From Eledone cirrhosa (taxonomy: Eukaryota), in the NCBI GenBank assembly GCA_964016885.1, contig OZ024742.1, forward strand, positions 43,152,001 to 43,216,000: a stretch of DNA of 64,000 nt, written 5' to 3'. The translations under genes were made by a program, and so were the position numbers. Each line of letters starts with the position of its first letter. Positions within the stretch are counted from its first letter, which is position 1. Shown piece by piece: positions 60,520-64,000 of this stretch. The notes beneath the pieces are model-generated. The model worked only from the letters and a program-made list of their open reading frames with translations, did not search any database and was not told the DNA's origin.

Positions 60520-63125
60520 AAAATCAAGTTACATGATTGGATTTATTCCAGGTAAGAGTACAACGCTCTATAATCTTTTGGACACTTAGGAAGCTAGGCA
60601 TAGACGATTGGCTTGTGGGAGTTGCGCAGACCGTGTAGAAAGGAGCAATCAGCAGGGTGAGAGTTGGCAATGAGTGCAGTGATGAATTTGAAGTGTAAGT
60701 GGAAAGAGAACCTAAAGTCAAATGGCTTAAAAGTAAATTAAGCAAAAGCGAAAGTCTTAATTAGTAGGAAAGAAGACATGAAGGTGGTACCTTCATGAAA
60801 GTAACCTTGTTTGATATGTCAGAAAGGGGTGGGCAGAAATTCAAAAAACCCGACAACCATCTGATCACCTATAGATCAAGGGAGCATTCTAGTCAGATAG
60901 ATTTTATCCTCATCAGGACGTGATAGATGGACTGTTGTAAACACAAAAGCCTTCCCTGGTGAGGAATGTACCTCCCAACATAACTTAGTTGTCAGCGACC
61001 TCACTGTCAAAACTAGACGAACTTGGAAACAGAAGGCAACCTGGAGAAGAAAGATCTGGAAGCTGAAAGACCCCTCAGCCAGTAACAGATTTAAAGATAT
61101 TTTACTCGATGCCTATGACAGTAAAGAAGAACAGATAGAGACATTCAATGTAGAAGAACAGTGGGAGTTCCTAAAAAATAACTTACTAAAGGCGATGGAC
61201 GAAATCTGTGGTTGGAGCAAGACCACAGGCAGGAGGAGAGTGACTTGGTGGTGGAACAATAAGGTCGATGAGGCAGTTAAGGCTAAGAGACAGGCATGAA
61301 AAGAATGGGAGAACGGGGGAGGCAGGGTACATTACATAGAGACCAGGAGGGAAGCTAGGCGACAAGTATACTTAGCTAGAAGGGAAGCGGAGGATAGAAA
61401 ATTCAAGCATGTTTTGCAACATGAGTGACCAGAAACAGGTGTTCAAAACTGCAAGGCAGTGTGTCAGAGAGAATTGTGATGTCATTGGAGAGAAGTGTAT
61501 CCGGAATGATAATGGTGAGCTTGCCCTCACAAGTGCTGAGAAGAAAGATGCATGGAAGAGCCATTATGAAAGATTACTAAATGAGGAGAATGCATGGGAA
61601 AAAGAGACCCTACCCCAAGTGGACCCTATAGAGGGGCCAGCAGTACAAGTCAGCAGCAGCGTAGTACGTAAGGCAATCAAAGATATGAAGACGGGGAAGG
61701 CAACCGGTCCATCGGGTATAGCTGCCGAGATGCTGAAGACATCTGGGTCGGTAGGTCACACCATAACCACACGTATTGTTAACCAGGTAATACTAGAGGG
61801 TGTCATACCAAAGGATTGGCGCAGCAGCATCATTGTCAACTGCTACAAGAGTAAAGGTGATGCACTAGATAGAGGAAACTATAGAGGTGTAAAGCTGATG
61901 GACCAGGTTATGAAAATAATGGAAAGAGTTATAGAACAGCTGATTAGGGACCGGGTAAAACTAGATGAGATGCAATTTGGGTTTGTACCAGGAAAATGCA
62001 CCACTGATGCCCTCTTCCTTATGAGGCAGTTACAGGAAAAGTACCGCTAAAAGTAAGCCGCTCTACTTGGCATTCGGCGATCTGGAAAAAGCCTTTGACA
62101 GAGTTCCCCGTGCTATAATCTGGTGGGCTCTTAGAAAACTAGCAGTAGATGAATGGCTTGTGAAAGCTGTACAAGCCATGTATAGGGAGCAGTCAGCAAA
62201 GTTAGGGTTAGCAATGACTATAGCGAGGAATTTAGCATACAGGTCGGTGTCCACCAGGACTCTGTTCTTAGTCCTCTCCTGTTCATTATAGTTTTGCAGG
62301 TAATAACGGAGGAGTTTAAGACTGGATGCCCATGGGAACTCCTATATGCAGATGATCTCACACTTATAGCTGAATCTATGGTGGAACTAGAGAAGAAATT
62401 CCAAACATGGAAGCAGAGACTAAAAAGAAAGGGTCTCAAAGTCAACCTGACAAAGACTAGGGTCCTCGTACGTAGACAAGAAAACAGAACCCAGATCCCC
62501 TCAGGGAAATTGCCTTGTTCAGTATGTAGGAAAGGCGTATGTAGGAACTTCATCTTCTGCCCCAAATGCAAACAATGGGTACACAAGAGATGTAGTGGGA
62601 TCTCAAGAAGATTAACTAAGAATGTAGGCTCCACATGTAGCAGCTGTGCTGGGACAGCAAGCAGCAAACGACCAGAGGAAACAAGCACCACCAAACTCTG
62701 GGAGGGTTCTGTAGAAACAGTAGACAGCTTCTGCTACCTAGGTGACCGAATTAGCAGCGGAAAGTACAACTAGGGTAAGAACGGGATGGAAGAAGTTCAG
62801 GGAGCTACTGCCACTGCTAGCTGCAAAAGGCTTCTCCCTCAAAATGAAAGGCAGACTGTATGATGCGTGTATACAAACAGCAATGTTACATGGTAGTGAG
62901 ACCTGGGCGCTGTCTGTAGAAGACTTGTGTAGATTAGAAAGAAACGAAGCTTGCATGCTCTGATGGATGTGTAATAGTAATATACGAGAACGGTAAAGCA
63001 TAAACAAATTGAGAGAGAGACTGAGCATAAGAGGAATCAAATGCTGTGTGCAGGAGAGGAGGTTGCGTTTGTATGGACATGTGATGCGTATGAAGACGTA
63101 AAACAGTGATGATGATGATGATGAT
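60520..63125 (+). mobile_element. RTE LINE (APE end + RT), decayed
   Basis: SQIDFIL, WWN..V, NYRGVKL, QFGFVPG, DLEKAFDRVP, YADD, PHD insert, (GAT)n end. Confidence 0.88.
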
Positions 63126-63535
63126 CAAGCAATGTTAAACTAGTTTTTAATACTGTTGTACACTGTTGAATTAGTTGTCCTGTCAAAGGTGTACAAAATC
63201 ACAAAGATATCCTATTGATAGCTGACAATGGGATATTCCTTACTTATGTCATCCTTTTTTCAATTTCTCCATTCTTCATACTATTTTCCTTACACACATA
63301 TACACAACCCAATGAGAAAGACTATATAGTCCTTCAAACTGCTAGAAATAGCAAACAAAACTCCCCTGATTTATATCTTACCCTCTTTAAAAAAGTGCAA
63401 CCTAGATTAAGTAGTCCTAGATACATAATGTCTGAATTAATTTAAGATGATCATGACTGGAACACAGAATTAAGTTGAGCTGGAGCAAAACAACAATAAC
63501 ATCAACAACAACTAGAAGAGAACTGTAACAAATAC

Positions 63536-63714
63536 CGTATAAGCAATGCCAGCATTGTTGACAAGAATATCCAAACCTCCATAGGTTTCTTTCAAATGGT
63601 TTGCAAAAGCAGAAATACTTTGAGAGTCTGTGATGTCAAGTTGATGGAATTTGGCATGGCATCCTTCTTTGCCAAGTTCTGCAACAGATGCCTCCCCACG
63701 TCCAACATCACGAG
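63536..63714 (-). CDS. CBR1: CBR1-like exon (the GxxxGxG exon lies upstream, outside the window)
   Basis: cag|(A)RDVGRGEASVAELGKEGCHAKFHQLDITD...YGGLDILVNNAGIAYT|gtatt; phases 1/0. Confidence 0.92.
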
Positions 63715-63752
63715 CTGGTAAATGAAAGAGAGATAATTGTAAGTAAAGGAGA

Positions 63753-64000
63753 ATAAACTTGTTAATTAACAAGAGATGGTGAGTTGGTGGCTAACATTGA
63801 GGCTACACGATAAACTTGTTGTTAGTTAACTAGAGATGGTGAGTTGGTGGCTAACATTGAGGCTTCACAATAAACTTGTTAGTTAACAAGAGATGGTGAG
63901 TTGGTGGCTAACATTGAGGCTACACAATAAACCTGTTGTTAGTTAACAAGAGATGGTGAGTTGGTGGCTAACATTGAGGCTTCACGATAAACCTGTTGTT
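63753..64000. repeat. Intronic tandem repeat, ~57-60 bp unit, at least 4 copies, runs off the window
   Basis: Unit GTTAACAAGAGATGGTGAGTTGGTGGCTAACATTGAGGCTWCACRATAAACYTGTTGTTA. Confidence 0.9.

Noticed and set aside
63753-64000. CRISPR-like or coding repeat
   Set aside because: Simple intronic minisatellite with no spacers

Overview
Eukaryotic, transposon-saturated genomic DNA, most likely from an octopod cephalopod. That call is inferred from the SINE/RTE repeat families and the microsatellite load, not from a database search. The only host gene is a carbonyl reductase (CBR1-like SDR) on the minus strand. Six coding exons (63714 to 47507) splice with consistent phases, and exon 1 lies beyond the window end. 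Positions 1-47 kb are a nested TE field containing: a CR1 LINE with an open ORF2; several CRE-like (RLE) LINE pieces; decayed Helitrons; RTE LINEs; a Penelope RT; three L1/Tx1 LINEs joined head-to-tail through (ATT)n tails; and four insertions of one non-coding, tRNA-Trp-primed LTR element family with TG...TA ends and 4-bp TSDs. Four things stand out. One LTR element has a double primer-binding site holding about 35 nt of mature tRNA-Trp with an A58>T change, a likely m1A read-through fossil. The Tx1 array looks ATT-targeted or self-targeting. A splice-donor-like motif is conserved at the Tx1 ORF1/ORF2 junction. A palindromic back-to-back Helitron end junction sits at 1.55 kb. Coordinates of decayed TEs are approximate; all alignments were done by eye.
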